Source: Sedimentisphaerales bacterium (GTDB lineage: Bacteria; Planctomycetota; Phycisphaerae; Sedimentisphaerales; SM23-30). From it: DNA of 64,000 nucleotides. The notes beneath the pieces are model-generated. The model saw nothing but the letters and a program-made list of their open reading frames with translations. It did not search any database and was not told where the DNA came from. Below, piece by piece: positions 17,129 to 28,196 of the stretch. The stretch lies in the NCBI GenBank assembly GCA_963666285.1, contig OY762711.1. One strand, 5' to 3'. A program made the translations under genes and the position numbers. Within the stretch, counting starts at the first letter, position 1. Each line of letters opens with the position of its first letter.

Positions 17129-20100
17129 ATGTTGCGCAAAATTCGCCGCCAGTTCAACAAGGCCAGACAACTTCGCAAAAACACTCCAAAATCTAACTCA
17201 TCTCTTAAATTCGAACCTCTTGAAAATCGACTGCTGCTCGACGTCGCTGGATATTGGTCAGAATTAGGCTACCGCTCAGGAAGCGGCGGCGGCGTCAGCT
17301 GGGACACCACCAGCGATGTGGGAGAAACGCAGATTATCACCTCAGAAGATGGCGATCCGGTAGTATTCTGGGTTGAAGGTAACTATAGTGATTTAACCAC
17401 TTTAGATGCAGATGCCGATCCTGTGCCTTATAGCTATTATCTATCTGGAACCATACATGCTCGTCAGTATGCTGGCGAAGATTTAGGCTGGTGGGACCTT
17501 GACGGAGGCAGCGGCGATTCTGCAATCACATCAGGCGGACAGATCGATGTCGTCACTGGCCCAAATGGTAGAATTATTCTGGCTGGTATCAGTAACGATC
17601 AGGTATTCGTTATGCAATGGGATGGCGCTGACTGGACAGATATTTCGAATGCCGGCGTAACAGTTAACCTTCAAACGGTAGTTGCAACTGCTATTGATCC
17701 GGATGATCCAGATACCCTGGTTGACGTAACTGAAGGTGTTACAGCAAGTAAGCCTTCAATTGCTGTAAATGATGCAGGTGAAATTTTCGTTTCTTATACC
17801 GCTGAATTTCCGGGTGCAAGCCAAAGTGAAATCGTTGTCATGAAGTATGGCTTTGCCTATGATGACAATACTGTGGGTACACCATTACAGAGCGATTTGG
17901 GGTGGACAGAGTTGACAAGCACTGAAGTTGGAGAATTTGGCCAAACAGCAGGGCAGATGACAGGCGGTGCAAGTAATACTACCGGTAATTCTTTTGACTC
18001 TGCAATAACAGTTGACAATAGTGGAAAGCCTATTATTGCCTGGACTGAAGCGGCTGACGAAGTTAATGGTGAAATCTTTGTAAAACGTTGGGATGGCGAT
18101 AGTTGGGAAGAGATAGGAGAAAACTCCGCCAGTTTTAATGAGGCAAATGGTAATTTTGGTATATCAAGTAATTCTTATCAGGATCTGCAACCTGATATTG
18201 CCGTCAATAGTGATGGCGATATTATTGTAACCTGGGTAAGCTGGCAAAACTGGACTAACTACACTAGTGACGGTCAGGCCGGCATATTTGTTCGTTATCT
18301 GCCGGGAAACGACACAACTGGACCATGGCGTGCCTATACATTCCAAGTTGATGCGGGCGGGGTTGATTCTGACAAAGATGCTGGTGTAGCACAGGGTTAT
18401 GGTGTTCCAGAAGGTCGTGCCGGTTTAGGCTGGTATTATCAGCCGGAGATAACTCTTGACAGTTCCGGCAATGCTGCAATTACCTGGTTTGGTTGGGGCG
18501 AGAGTGAAAATAATGCTGTTGACAGGGATCACGAACGTAATCCATATGTGGCTGACGACCCTTATTGGGGGGTTTTTGTAAGCTACTATCATGATCATGA
18601 TAATAATTCAAATACTGCTGATACCTATGAGTTACTATTTGAAGATTACGATGAGACCACTTATGAATGGAATTCTGACACTGCAGCGGCACATACAAAT
18701 GTGCAACGTGCAGTTGCAGGAGAACCAGACAAGCTTGCCTGGGCTCCATCTCTGACATTTGTTGGTGATCCCGGAAGCGAAACCCTGGTATTCAGTTATG
18801 TTCAGGAAGATGAGATTGATTATGAATTCCAATATGACCAGGAAACTTACGTTAAATATTGGGATGGAGACAGCTGGGAGGAATATGGTCTTGGAGCAGC
18901 TTCTAATGGTAATACAGTAATATCTGATTATCCTACAGATGCTGACTTTGACACATCTGATATTGCATACTTTGAATTTAATTCAATTTCAACAGATGAT
19001 TATGATGTTGTTACAGCTAATGCAGACTATACCACGGAAAATTCCAGCAAAATGTATGTTTATGATCGCCAGACAGGTTCCTGGAGTACCAAGGAGCCAC
19101 TCACTGCCGGCGGCGATGATATTAATCTGATCGACCATGATGGTGATGGTGTATATGGTTTTGGTTGTATTTTCGATTTAAAGGGTGAGCCTGAGATCGA
19201 GTATTCAGACATCAAAAATGGAAATCCTCTTCTGGCGTTCCTTGACGATACCGATGGCATTCCTTATGTCTACCAGTATTCTATTGCAGGTGGATGGTCC
19301 TTAGTAGGCGGAGTTGCAGCAGGAGATATAGCAGGTAACTTTGACTATGACAGTGAGGATGTTGGCATTAGCGTGCAGATGGGATCTGATGGTTCTGTCC
19401 TGGTGGCATATGTTGCCACAAATCAAAATGGATCGGTTGGTGATACAAGCGATGACTTTGATTATATAATTACTCGTTTATATAACCCTACAACAAACAC
19501 ATGGTCGGATGCAGATACCGGAGAATTAACAGTTGCTTCTGTATTAGAAACAACATATTTTGCTGATTATAATGGTTACGATTTTGATGAGGTCGGTGAT
19601 CTGTCAGATGGTGATTATGATGATAACAACAGGAGGGTATATGAGACCGGTCAGTGGAATTTCTGGGGCGTAGAAGATGATGAAGTTGTATCTGCAGACA
19701 TAACTTCTTACTCTGATACAGACCTGGCATTTGCTATTGTTACCGATCGGTTATTTAACTGGTTTGACTTCCAGGATACTGATGATCCATACAGACAGGC
19801 GGCTATAGAAATAGCATTTAATTTTGATGCCGAATCAACACAGAATTTTGCTTACGGGGATGTTGACCATCAGTTCGAGCTTGTTGACGATGGTGATATT
19901 ATAATCGAATTTGATGCATCTTTGGATGCTGCCGGTGCAATTGAAAGCGGGTTTGCAGTTGATCCGTTACAAGATAAAGACCTGTATTTGTATCTTACGA
20001 TTGATGGTTCTATAGTTGATGTTAATCCAAATGACTCAGCGATTAATACCACTTATGTTCCAAGCAGTATGACTCCTGTTGCGGTAGCTGCTGCAGGTGA

Positions 20101-23100
20101 ATTGCTTGAAATGACTTCATTTAAATTCGATTCAACAGAGCTGTATGATATAAACGGTGATCCAATAGAACTTGACGGCGGCGAACACCAGGTAGGTTTT
20201 ATTGCTATTGCTTCTGATAATGGTGGAACGGCAACTGCAGATACGGCTCAGAATGGAGCTGTTCGGATAGATAATGTTGTTGTTTACCAGAGGGTTATAA
20301 GCGAGAGTATGTTTGTAAGTGGATCAACATCAACCTTTAATGATGGGCAGTATGCTCTTGGCGGAGGTACATGGTCTTACGTTGATGTGGTAGCCCCTGC
20401 AAGTGCTAACGGTGAGATTGAGCTGGGATCAGGGCGTTCTGGTGATGCTGATGACGACGTGCTTAAAATGACATTGGGTAATGCTAATGGTGCTATTAAT
20501 ACTTATGCTGTTTCTGGCCAGTTTAAGCAAGAGTACAGCTTGACAGAAACAGGATATATTAGATTAGATTTTGATTATAAAATAGAGACCGACAGTGATT
20601 TTGGTACTTCGGATGAGGTTGAGTTGCTTGTTTGGGCTGATTATGATAATGATGGGGTTATGGATGCCGGAGAACAGTTAAACTATGATAGTGATTCTGC
20701 TGACACTTTGAGTACATATATTATAACAGGTGCTGATGGAGACAGTAACTGGGTACGTGTATCTTTAACTGCATCGTTAACAGACAGTGCAGATTGCGAC
20801 ATATACTTTACCGCAGGAATAACAGATTACGGCGGAAGTGATTCTGGTGAAGCAATAATCTACATAGATAATGTTGATGTAAGCCATTCGTTATCTTTAG
20901 ATTCATTGGTTGTTGGTGATGTTAATGACCCGAATAGTAATGATGCTGACCAAGGGAGCTGGGTGTATTCAGAAGCTGATACTGGAAATTTGATTTCTAT
21001 AGATATGGCTGGTGGTGCAGATGATTATATCCAGATGGAATTTGAGGGTGGAGTTGACAGCAGTTCGTACGGGCAGATTGGGTATGCATTTACTACATCG
21101 ACTAGCAGTAGTGCCTATTATTCATATGTTAGTCTGGATTTCTCATACAAGATTGATCTTGAAGGTGAAGGCCCTTCGGCTTTAATATTTAACGATGGTG
21201 CTGTAAGCCTTAGTGACTATGGCGCAGTTCAATTATACCTTGTAGAAGATGATGGTGACGGTATTCTTGAAGATTCTACTGCAGATTCATATACCAGGAT
21301 AAGTGATGAGGGTTTATATAGATATTATTCTGATGGTATGACGGACTCCAGCAGTGGTTGGGTAACAGTTAGTGATGCGACAATAGGTCCGCTTGATCCC
21401 TCAACAACATATTACATTGTTTTCCGTGGACTGATTAGTGATAGTTCAGTTGACGCTGATGGGGATACTGATAATTCTATGGTATCTATTGACGATATCT
21501 CTGTTAAGTTTACAGGGTATACACAGTGGGAAAATGATGAAAGTGGAGGAAATACAGGTGGAAATAATACAGTTGGTCCGGTAAATGATGATGGTGTATA
21601 CAGGTATGAAGATGTGTTCCGTGGTGATATACATGCTTCTAACGCGTATAATCAGGATATTGGTATTCAAAGCCAGATGATCACTATACCGGACTATACT
21701 CAGACAATTGCTGGCGATGCCAGGATATCATTCAGATATCGCTGGGTAGATTCTGTTTCAGCAACTACCGGATTACCTGACTTGTCAGATATAAGGCTGC
21801 TGATTGATGGAGTTGAATACGATTCATCTAATTCATCACGTTTGCTTGGTGTTAGCTATTCTTCCAGTTACAGCTGGTATGATGGTATGGTCAACAATCC
21901 AACCTACACTTTGGTTGAGATTGATATTACCGGCCTTGAAGCAGGTTCGCATGATATCAGTATTGAACTAGTTGGAGCATCTGATGTTTGGGTTGATAAT
22001 TTGCTAGTACAGGGTTCAACGTCTCTAATTGACAGTATCAATCCTATTGTTAAATTAGGAGCTGTTGGTAAAGAAGGTGAACGTCCATTCATTGTCGGTG
22101 CCACTTATATTGCAAATGATATGGGTGTCTATCCGACTACAGACGCGACAATATCAAGTAAATATTCTATTCGAAACTATATTGAAGCAAACTCGATGGG
22201 TTCGACAAGCCAGGAGATTTATCCAAGAAACTTCCTGGCTGACGCATATTCATATGCGGCTTTGTATGAACTCAACAATAACACTTGGGACCAATATGGC
22301 GACACAATTATGGCTACTGTGTCTTTAAACTTTTTAGGTGTTCCAGGAGCATCTACAGTCAATCCTGCTGCCGATTTGTATTATCTGCAAGATTTTGCAA
22401 CTGGTCCAAGTCAGGCACAATGGGTACTTGTTGAGAATGCAGAGACCGAAATGGTTGATGTGACTGGTAATGGAGATTATTATTATGATGCTCATCCATG
22501 GGATTATCCCAATCCGCCTGAATACTGGGGAGATCCTACTTCATTAACTACTGAGATATGGCGTTGGGACATTACTGACGATGATGACAATGATAAAGAA
22601 GACTGGGTCATAGTTGCTAGCCCAATGACTTTGTATGCAACAAATGACAATGATGATATATTTCGTAATGGCCAAATAATAAGTGGACCGAACCAGATGC
22701 CGATTGTAGCCTGGACAGATTATTCAGATGCCGGTACATATTTAAATAATGGCTCTCATGCAGTTCGATATACCGGAAATAATACCTGGGAAGCAGTTGG
22801 TCCTTCTGCAGATGGAGATATTCAAAATGGCGGTTTGTCATGGGGAGCAACAACTCTTCATGAAATGATACGCGATGAGAATGGTTTACCGTTAATTTCG
22901 TATTCAGGTGATCATCTTGACGTGTTTGCTATCCGCGAGTTTGTGACTGATCTTGAAGATGCTGATGCCACGTTCCTTGATATGGATGATGTCGAGGGAG
23001 ATTTAGTCTTAGATTACGGTGTAGTTGAAGGTGGAAGGGTTGCAGAAAGATTTTCCATAACTAATGATGGCGCAGGTGACTTGTATATCCAGAATATCAG

Positions 23101-26100
23101 TTTTGGTGGTCTTGGAGATGCTGAGTCTGCCTTTAATATAACTAATGATCCTGGAATTGGTACAGAGGCTTTGATTCTTGAAAGCGGTGAGACTTATGTA
23201 TTTAATGTAGAGTTTGACCCGAACAATGTTCCTGTGGGAAGTTATCAAGGTGTTATTGTAGTTCAGACCAATGAAGGTGAGTCTGACGTACATCCATTTG
23301 ATAATTTCCAGGAAATAATCGTAAGAGTTGAAGTGGCTAATGATGGAGATATAGTAATCGAAGACGATCAGGGTAACAGGACAGACCGGTATCTGTTCTT
23401 TGACGATGCGACAATAAATATGTCATCTTCTGTATGGCAGACACAGGTCATTACGATACGAAATGAAGGTACCGATACTCTTGATATTTCTGATCTGGTA
23501 TATACTGGTGCAGGTTTTGAAATTGTTGGAATAACCAAGAATGGTACTGTAGATCTGGATGCCGATGATGATGGATTATTAGATGCTGCTCAGATATTAG
23601 CTGTTGATGATACAATTGAAATTACTGTTGGTTTTAACCCCAAAGAGTCTTTATTGTATGATGAGACTATTTATATTGTGAGCAATGATACTAGTGAACC
23701 ATTAGTTCCAGTTCGTTTACTGGGTTACGGTTTATCAGGTGGCGATGTTTCTATTGAAACGTCAATTGATGGTATTGAGTGGACCACAGTATGGTTAAGT
23801 AACGATCCAAACGGCCTGTTAGATGATGTTGACCAGGCATTGGAATTAGGCAGTACAGTCTGGGGGCAGACTGACGCAACACCTCTCTATGTAAGAATTA
23901 ATAATACAGGAAGCAGTGAACTTCTAATTGAGGAAGTAAGGCTTCAGAGCGGAACCTCAGAAATAGCATTTGGTCCCGATAGCAGGATCGCGGATGTTGA
24001 AATAGCTTCCGGAGACAGTTATACATTCTCTATGACTTATTCGCCAAATACCGGCAATGTTCAGGATATTACAACAGATTTATTGTTTTTAAGTGAAAAC
24101 CTCTTTATTCTTACTGATTCAAGCGATGAAGATGATGCCGAAATATCACTAGCGGTCGAAGGCTATGCTGTTCCGGAAGCACCAGTGGTACAAATTGTTG
24201 ACCCGGACACAAATGAGGTGATAAGTGGATGGATACCTGAAGCCGGTGTAGTAGTAGATGCTTCCAAGGGTCTTGACATGGGTATTGTAAATCTTGGAAC
24301 CGGTTCAATTGGCTCAAATAGTTTTACCAAGACTCTTTACATAAGAAATTTAGGCGGCGAAGCATTAACTATTGAAGCTCTGCAGGTTGGATATTTGTCT
24401 GGAGGAGACAATGCTTCAGATTACAGCATAACACCTGTGAATATAGCGGGCAGTTCTTCTGATGACATCACTTTAGCCGGCAGCGGTTCTTTATATTCAG
24501 TTGTAGTTACATTTACCCCAACTGTGACTGGAGAAAAAACAGCCCTGTTCTACCTGGATTATAGCTGGGATTGGAATGGCGACGGAGTGCCGAATAGTTC
24601 TCAGGTGTTTGTGGAATTATTTACAGATGTAACAGATCAAAGCATAATGGTTAGTGACGATGACGGCAAGAGCAATGCTATCCTTGATTTCACATCTGTT
24701 GGTACCGGTCATTATAAGGAAGCAAACGTAATAGTTTCAAATACCGGAGAAAGTGATTTAACAATTTCTAACTGGGAATTACTTGTTTATAACGGCAGCA
24801 GCTGGGTGACGGCTGGTGCTAGTGATCCATTTAGTGTAGCATTATTTGAGGATTCATTTAAGGTTGCCGGTGGTGGAAGTCAGATGATCCCGGTTACGTT
24901 TTCTCCGACAGCAATTGGGAATTATGATGCTATTCTGAGAATATATTCTGATGATGCCAGTCAGACAGATAATGGAGACGAAACGTATTATACAGATTAT
25001 ACTTTAAGTGGCATGGGAGTGGCTCCAGGTGTAGTGGAAACCTATGATTCAACAGGTACATCTGTAGTAAGCAGCCTGGATTTTGGAATCGTTGAATATG
25101 GCGAATTATGGTCTGATGGCACTGATTTCCGTAAATACTTCAGAGTTGTTAATGATGGTGATGCGGTTATCGATATTTCACGGATATATACAGATAATAA
25201 TCTGTTTACAATATATGTTGATGGTGTAGCGGGAGGTTTAAGTTCAACAGCAGATACAGATGATGTTACTCTTGAGCCGGGAGAATATGTGACGGTAGGT
25301 GTTGCTTTCTCTGCTCAGCAGCCATTTTTCGATACTGATGTAGTTGGTTTGCAGCATGTATATATAGATTACGATGACAATAGCGGATCTTCAGAGGTAC
25401 AGGCTGCTGTAGCCCTTGAAGCGAGCGTGCTTATGACTTCTTCACCTGATCCGTCCACTGGCTCAAGCAGCAAGGTTGTATGGAGTGATGATGATGGTGA
25501 TCTTATCACTGTTGAGTTAATTGGTCCCGGAAGTTTTGCGATTAAGGCTGTAAGTACCACTAACAACGATATCGGTGTAATTGAGTTAACAGGTACCACT
25601 CTTAAGAGTATCTTAAAGATAACAGGAGAGAAGGGTAATCAGTATGATTCTGTTATTGGTGCTATTTTAGGTGAAAATGGTGAGGCAATTGATGAGCTTG
25701 GCGGCATATATATGAAATATGTTGATATCGATGGCGACCAGGGTGATTCTCTTGTTTCTGAACAAGCCCCGGCCGATGCTGGTGACGGTGTTGCTGACAG
25801 GCAATATGCAATAGCTATTGAAAACCTTGACAGCAAACTTATTCTAGGTGATATTTTTGACCAGGCTGATATTTATATTGGCAGTGTAGAAAAATCTTCA
25901 GGCCTTGACATTATTACCGGTGAAATTTCTGGTGGAACAGAAATTTATATTGATGGCAATGTTAAGAGTTTTACTGTTTCAGCAAATGATTCAAAGGATA
26001 GAGTTGATGTTTTGGCTGATACTATTGAGATAACTGGAGATCTTGGCAGTTTCACTGTAAAGGGATATAATGCTGATATTACATCCGATTTTATCGTTGG

Positions 26101-26713
26101 CGGCTCTCTTAATAAGATGAATCTGAACAAGGCTGGCGGTTTTACCGGCTTGTTATCTGTAGATGGAGACTTTGGTTCATTCAACATGCCAAGCGGCACA
26201 TTTACCGGCATGCTTATCTCTGACAGCCTTAAGAAGTTTGTTGTGGAAGATATGAATAGTGGTACAATTGCTGTTCAGTCAGTCATAAAGTCTGTTAAAA
26301 TCAATAATGATATGATTGATTCCATGATTTTGTCAGGTGTTAATGTTGGCGATGATAATCTTGTAGGCGGACTTGATGACAGCCTTGTAGGTGGATCTGA
26401 AATTAAAAGCGTGACTGTTAAGGGTATGTACAGCGACAGTAACATTCTTGCCGGCATTGGTGAGAATTCAAGCGGGAACTATGATGTTTTCGGTCCTGAT
26501 GTTCCTGTTGATACAGCATCCGGCAGTATTGGTACTATTAAATTTGGTTATGTAGATTTTGGTGATACTCTTGATGAGTTTGGTATTGGTGCCGGTACCA
26601 GTATTCAGTCACTGAAAATGAGTTTGATCGAAGGTGCCAAAGCTGTTACTTATAAATCGCCTTTTAGTATTGATCTTGATGACGGGGATGAATTCTTTAT
26701 GAAACTGTTCTAA
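17129..26713 (+). CDS. Giant acidic extracellular/surface protein (3194 aa) with planctomycete LEPR-XLL-type N-terminus, propeller-like and jelly-roll repeats, and six choice-of-anchor D/ASH-like Ig repeats
   Basis: AGGAG RBS; basic leader + LKFEPLENRLLL; WDG.(S/D)W repeats; IDN/IDD jelly-roll ends; I.N.G...L.I repeats x6; D/E-rich. Confidence 0.85.
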   Translation: MLRKIRRQFNKARQLRKNTPKSNSSLKFEPLENRLLLDVAGYWSELGYRSGSGGGVSWDTTSDVGETQIITSEDGDPVVFWVEGNYSDLTTLDADADPVPYSYYLSGTIHARQYAGEDLGWWDLDGGSGDSAITSGGQIDVVTGPNGRIILAGISNDQVFVMQWDGADWTDISNAGVTVNLQTVVATAIDPDDPDTLVDVTEGVTASKPSIAVNDAGEIFVSYTAEFPGASQSEIVVMKYGFAYDDNTVGTPLQSDLGWTELTSTEVGEFGQTAGQMTGGASNTTGNSFDSAITVDNSGKPIIAWTEAADEVNGEIFVKRWDGDSWEEIGENSASFNEANGNFGISSNSYQDLQPDIAVNSDGDIIVTWVSWQNWTNYTSDGQAGIFVRYLPGNDTTGPWRAYTFQVDAGGVDSDKDAGVAQGYGVPEGRAGLGWYYQPEITLDSSGNAAITWFGWGESENNAVDRDHERNPYVADDPYWGVFVSYYHDHDNNSNTADTYELLFEDYDETTYEWNSDTAAAHTNVQRAVAGEPDKLAWAPSLTFVGDPGSETLVFSYVQEDEIDYEFQYDQETYVKYWDGDSWEEYGLGAASNGNTVISDYPTDADFDTSDIAYFEFNSISTDDYDVVTANADYTTENSSKMYVYDRQTGSWSTKEPLTAGGDDINLIDHDGDGVYGFGCIFDLKGEPEIEYSDIKNGNPLLAFLDDTDGIPYVYQYSIAGGWSLVGGVAAGDIAGNFDYDSEDVGISVQMGSDGSVLVAYVATNQNGSVGDTSDDFDYIITRLYNPTTNTWSDADTGELTVASVLETTYFADYNGYDFDEVGDLSDGDYDDNNRRVYETGQWNFWGVEDDEVVSADITSYSDTDLAFAIVTDRLFNWFDFQDTDDPYRQAAIEIAFNFDAESTQNFAYGDVDHQFELVDDGDIIIEFDASLDAAGAIESGFAVDPLQDKDLYLYLTIDGSIVDVNPNDSAINTTYVPSSMTPVAVAAAGELLEMTSFKFDSTELYDINGDPIELDGGEHQVGFIAIASDNGGTATADTAQNGAVRIDNVVVYQRVISESMFVSGSTSTFNDGQYALGGGTWSYVDVVAPASANGEIELGSGRSGDADDDVLKMTLGNANGAINTYAVSGQFKQEYSLTETGYIRLDFDYKIETDSDFGTSDEVELLVWADYDNDGVMDAGEQLNYDSDSADTLSTYIITGADGDSNWVRVSLTASLTDSADCDIYFTAGITDYGGSDSGEAIIYIDNVDVSHSLSLDSLVVGDVNDPNSNDADQGSWVYSEADTGNLISIDMAGGADDYIQMEFEGGVDSSSYGQIGYAFTTSTSSSAYYSYVSLDFSYKIDLEGEGPSALIFNDGAVSLSDYGAVQLYLVEDDGDGILEDSTADSYTRISDEGLYRYYSDGMTDSSSGWVTVSDATIGPLDPSTTYYIVFRGLISDSSVDADGDTDNSMVSIDDISVKFTGYTQWENDESGGNTGGNNTVGPVNDDGVYRYEDVFRGDIHASNAYNQDIGIQSQMITIPDYTQTIAGDARISFRYRWVDSVSATTGLPDLSDIRLLIDGVEYDSSNSSRLLGVSYSSSYSWYDGMVNNPTYTLVEIDITGLEAGSHDISIELVGASDVWVDNLLVQGSTSLIDSINPIVKLGAVGKEGERPFIVGATYIANDMGVYPTTDATISSKYSIRNYIEANSMGSTSQEIYPRNFLADAYSYAALYELNNNTWDQYGDTIMATVSLNFLGVPGASTVNPAADLYYLQDFATGPSQAQWVLVENAETEMVDVTGNGDYYYDAHPWDYPNPPEYWGDPTSLTTEIWRWDITDDDDNDKEDWVIVASPMTLYATNDNDDIFRNGQIISGPNQMPIVAWTDYSDAGTYLNNGSHAVRYTGNNTWEAVGPSADGDIQNGGLSWGATTLHEMIRDENGLPLISYSGDHLDVFAIREFVTDLEDADATFLDMDDVEGDLVLDYGVVEGGRVAERFSITNDGAGDLYIQNISFGGLGDAESAFNITNDPGIGTEALILESGETYVFNVEFDPNNVPVGSYQGVIVVQTNEGESDVHPFDNFQEIIVRVEVANDGDIVIEDDQGNRTDRYLFFDDATINMSSSVWQTQVITIRNEGTDTLDISDLVYTGAGFEIVGITKNGTVDLDADDDGLLDAAQILAVDDTIEITVGFNPKESLLYDETIYIVSNDTSEPLVPVRLLGYGLSGGDVSIETSIDGIEWTTVWLSNDPNGLLDDVDQALELGSTVWGQTDATPLYVRINNTGSSELLIEEVRLQSGTSEIAFGPDSRIADVEIASGDSYTFSMTYSPNTGNVQDITTDLLFLSENLFILTDSSDEDDAEISLAVEGYAVPEAPVVQIVDPDTNEVISGWIPEAGVVVDASKGLDMGIVNLGTGSIGSNSFTKTLYIRNLGGEALTIEALQVGYLSGGDNASDYSITPVNIAGSSSDDITLAGSGSLYSVVVTFTPTVTGEKTALFYLDYSWDWNGDGVPNSSQVFVELFTDVTDQSIMVSDDDGKSNAILDFTSVGTGHYKEANVIVSNTGESDLTISNWELLVYNGSSWVTAGASDPFSVALFEDSFKVAGGGSQMIPVTFSPTAIGNYDAILRIYSDDASQTDNGDETYYTDYTLSGMGVAPGVVETYDSTGTSVVSSLDFGIVEYGELWSDGTDFRKYFRVVNDGDAVIDISRIYTDNNLFTIYVDGVAGGLSSTADTDDVTLEPGEYVTVGVAFSAQQPFFDTDVVGLQHVYIDYDDNSGSSEVQAAVALEASVLMTSSPDPSTGSSSKVVWSDDDGDLITVELIGPGSFAIKAVSTTNNDIGVIELTGTTLKSILKITGEKGNQYDSVIGAILGENGEAIDELGGIYMKYVDIDGDQGDSLVSEQAPADAGDGVADRQYAIAIENLDSKLILGDIFDQADIYIGSVEKSSGLDIITGEISGGTEIYIDGNVKSFTVSANDSKDRVDVLADTIEITGDLGSFTVKGYNADITSDFIVGGSLNKMNLNKAGGFTGLLSVDGDFGSFNMPSGTFTGMLISDSLKKFVVEDMNSGTIAVQSVIKSVKINNDMIDSMILSGVNVGDDNLVGGLDDSLVGGSEIKSVTVKGMYSDSNILAGIGENSSGNYDVFGPDVPVDTASGSIGTIKFGYVDFGDTLDEFGIGAGTSIQSLKMSLIEGAKAVTYKSPFSIDLDDGDEFFMKLF

Positions 26714-26735
26714 AGTATTTCAATATAGTTTATAG

Positions 26736-26768
26736 AAAAAAGGCTTGCCAATTTGGCGAGCCTTTTTT
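26736..26768. terminator. Bidirectional terminator
   Basis: A6-GGCTTGCCA-att-TGGCGAGCC-T6 between convergent genes. Confidence 0.85.
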
Positions 26769-28011
26769 ATTGTTTTTTATGCATGAATGATTCAAATAAA
26801 GTAGTTTGAAGTATTTGTGGCGAATCAGTAGATCCGGATACTATCATAGCTTCAACATCTTTCAGTGATTCGGCCAGGGCGATAGCTTCTTCAGGTGCCA
26901 TAACGGAAAACGCGGTTGCTAATGCGTCTGCCTGTAAACAGGTAGGGGCAATTACAGTTGCTCCAGATGCCTGCTCGGCAGGGTAACCGGTTCTGGGGTC
27001 AATGATATGGCTGAATCTTTTATTTTCTATCATAAAGTATTGTCGGTAATTTCCACTTGTTGCAATTGCATTATTTGTCAGGTATACTACCCATGTATGG
27101 CTTTCTGGAGATATTGAACTTTCAATTTCAAATGGGTCAGTTATGCCTATCGGAAATGTTTTAATCTCTGAATATGTAGATTGCTCCTGATATTGCCTTA
27201 CTGATTCCAGATATGGAGAAGATTCGGTTTGGTTTTCCATCCCCTCAGGGTAGTCAAATAAGTTGTCAGGGGGGTAATTCGTATTGTATCTGTCTAAATC
27301 TGTATTGATTGGTTTTTGAGCATAATCTCGATCAGGCAGTGGAGTATTGTTGAAACATACAATTTCTCCACCTATATTAACCATACCGGAATATACACCA
27401 GGAATGTTTTTCATAGCATTTGCTGCCAGGTCTGTAATATATCCCTTGGCAATTGCACTGACATTTATTGATAAATTTGGATTTGTAATTTCTAGAGAAG
27501 GAGCAGAATATTGCTCTGGCTTAGTTAATCTAATGTATTTAGAACCTGTATTAGCCAGAACATCAGCTATGGTGTGATATTCTGGAAATTTTCCTTCCTT
27601 TTGAGCCTTTTTCCATAGCTCTGAAAGATTTGATATTGTGATATCAAATGCATCATCCGTTAACTCGCTGTATTTTAATGATTTGTCCAGAATATAATAC
27701 AGTGGTATCGATATACTAACCGGCCCATTTTTGGCTTCTGATACGGCTCTTGATATTTCAGATTTATCAGAATAGGAATTAAATATTAGATTTGCATCGT
27801 CAATAGCACTTATCGCGGCATTATAGGCGTGAACCGCAGCAATTTCATCCTTAGATATTACCTTAATCTGGACAATTGTGCCAAGGCGAGTTACTGGTGT
27901 AAATTCTTTTTCAAATACTTTTGGTTTAGGATGATAGCTGCTAAATATAAATAAAGCTAAGATTACTATTATTAAAAGTACTTTTTTTAGGGTGTTTCTT
28001 TTTTTTCTCAT
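26767..28011 (-). CDS. apbE: FAD:protein FMN transferase
   Basis: GT.V.I; Y...SEISR; AFDIT; AIAKGY..D; NIGGEI; AIATSGNYRQY; SHIIDPRTGYP; ADALATA. Confidence 0.92.
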   Translation of the reverse strand: MRKKRNTLKKVLLIIVILALFIFSSYHPKPKVFEKEFTPVTRLGTIVQIKVISKDEIAAVHAYNAAISAIDDANLIFNSYSDKSEISRAVSEAKNGPVSISIPLYYILDKSLKYSELTDDAFDITISNLSELWKKAQKEGKFPEYHTIADVLANTGSKYIRLTKPEQYSAPSLEITNPNLSINVSAIAKGYITDLAANAMKNIPGVYSGMVNIGGEIVCFNNTPLPDRDYAQKPINTDLDRYNTNYPPDNLFDYPEGMENQTESSPYLESVRQYQEQSTYSEIKTFPIGITDPFEIESSISPESHTWVVYLTNNAIATSGNYRQYFMIENKRFSHIIDPRTGYPAEQASGATVIAPTCLQADALATAFSVMAPEEAIALAESLKDVEAMIVSGSTDSPQILQTTLFESFMHKKQ

Positions 28012-28196
28012 TTTAACATAATATAATAAAAAACTAACAATTTAGGTCAAATTTGCTTGCTCTTAAAGAGCCTAATGTATATATTAGAAACTTCGTTATT
28101 TATATTCTAATAAGAGTAATTTCGTTTTAATCGAATTTGAAGTTAATTTTTAAAAATTTTTATCTTTTTTTTGTATTATTTTAAACCGGAGGTAAT

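Noticed and set aside
17129..28011. Giant protein as flavinylation substrate of the adjacent ApbE
   Set aside because: No convincing D-x-x-[S/T]GA[S/T] motif found by eye; the genes are convergent with a terminator between them
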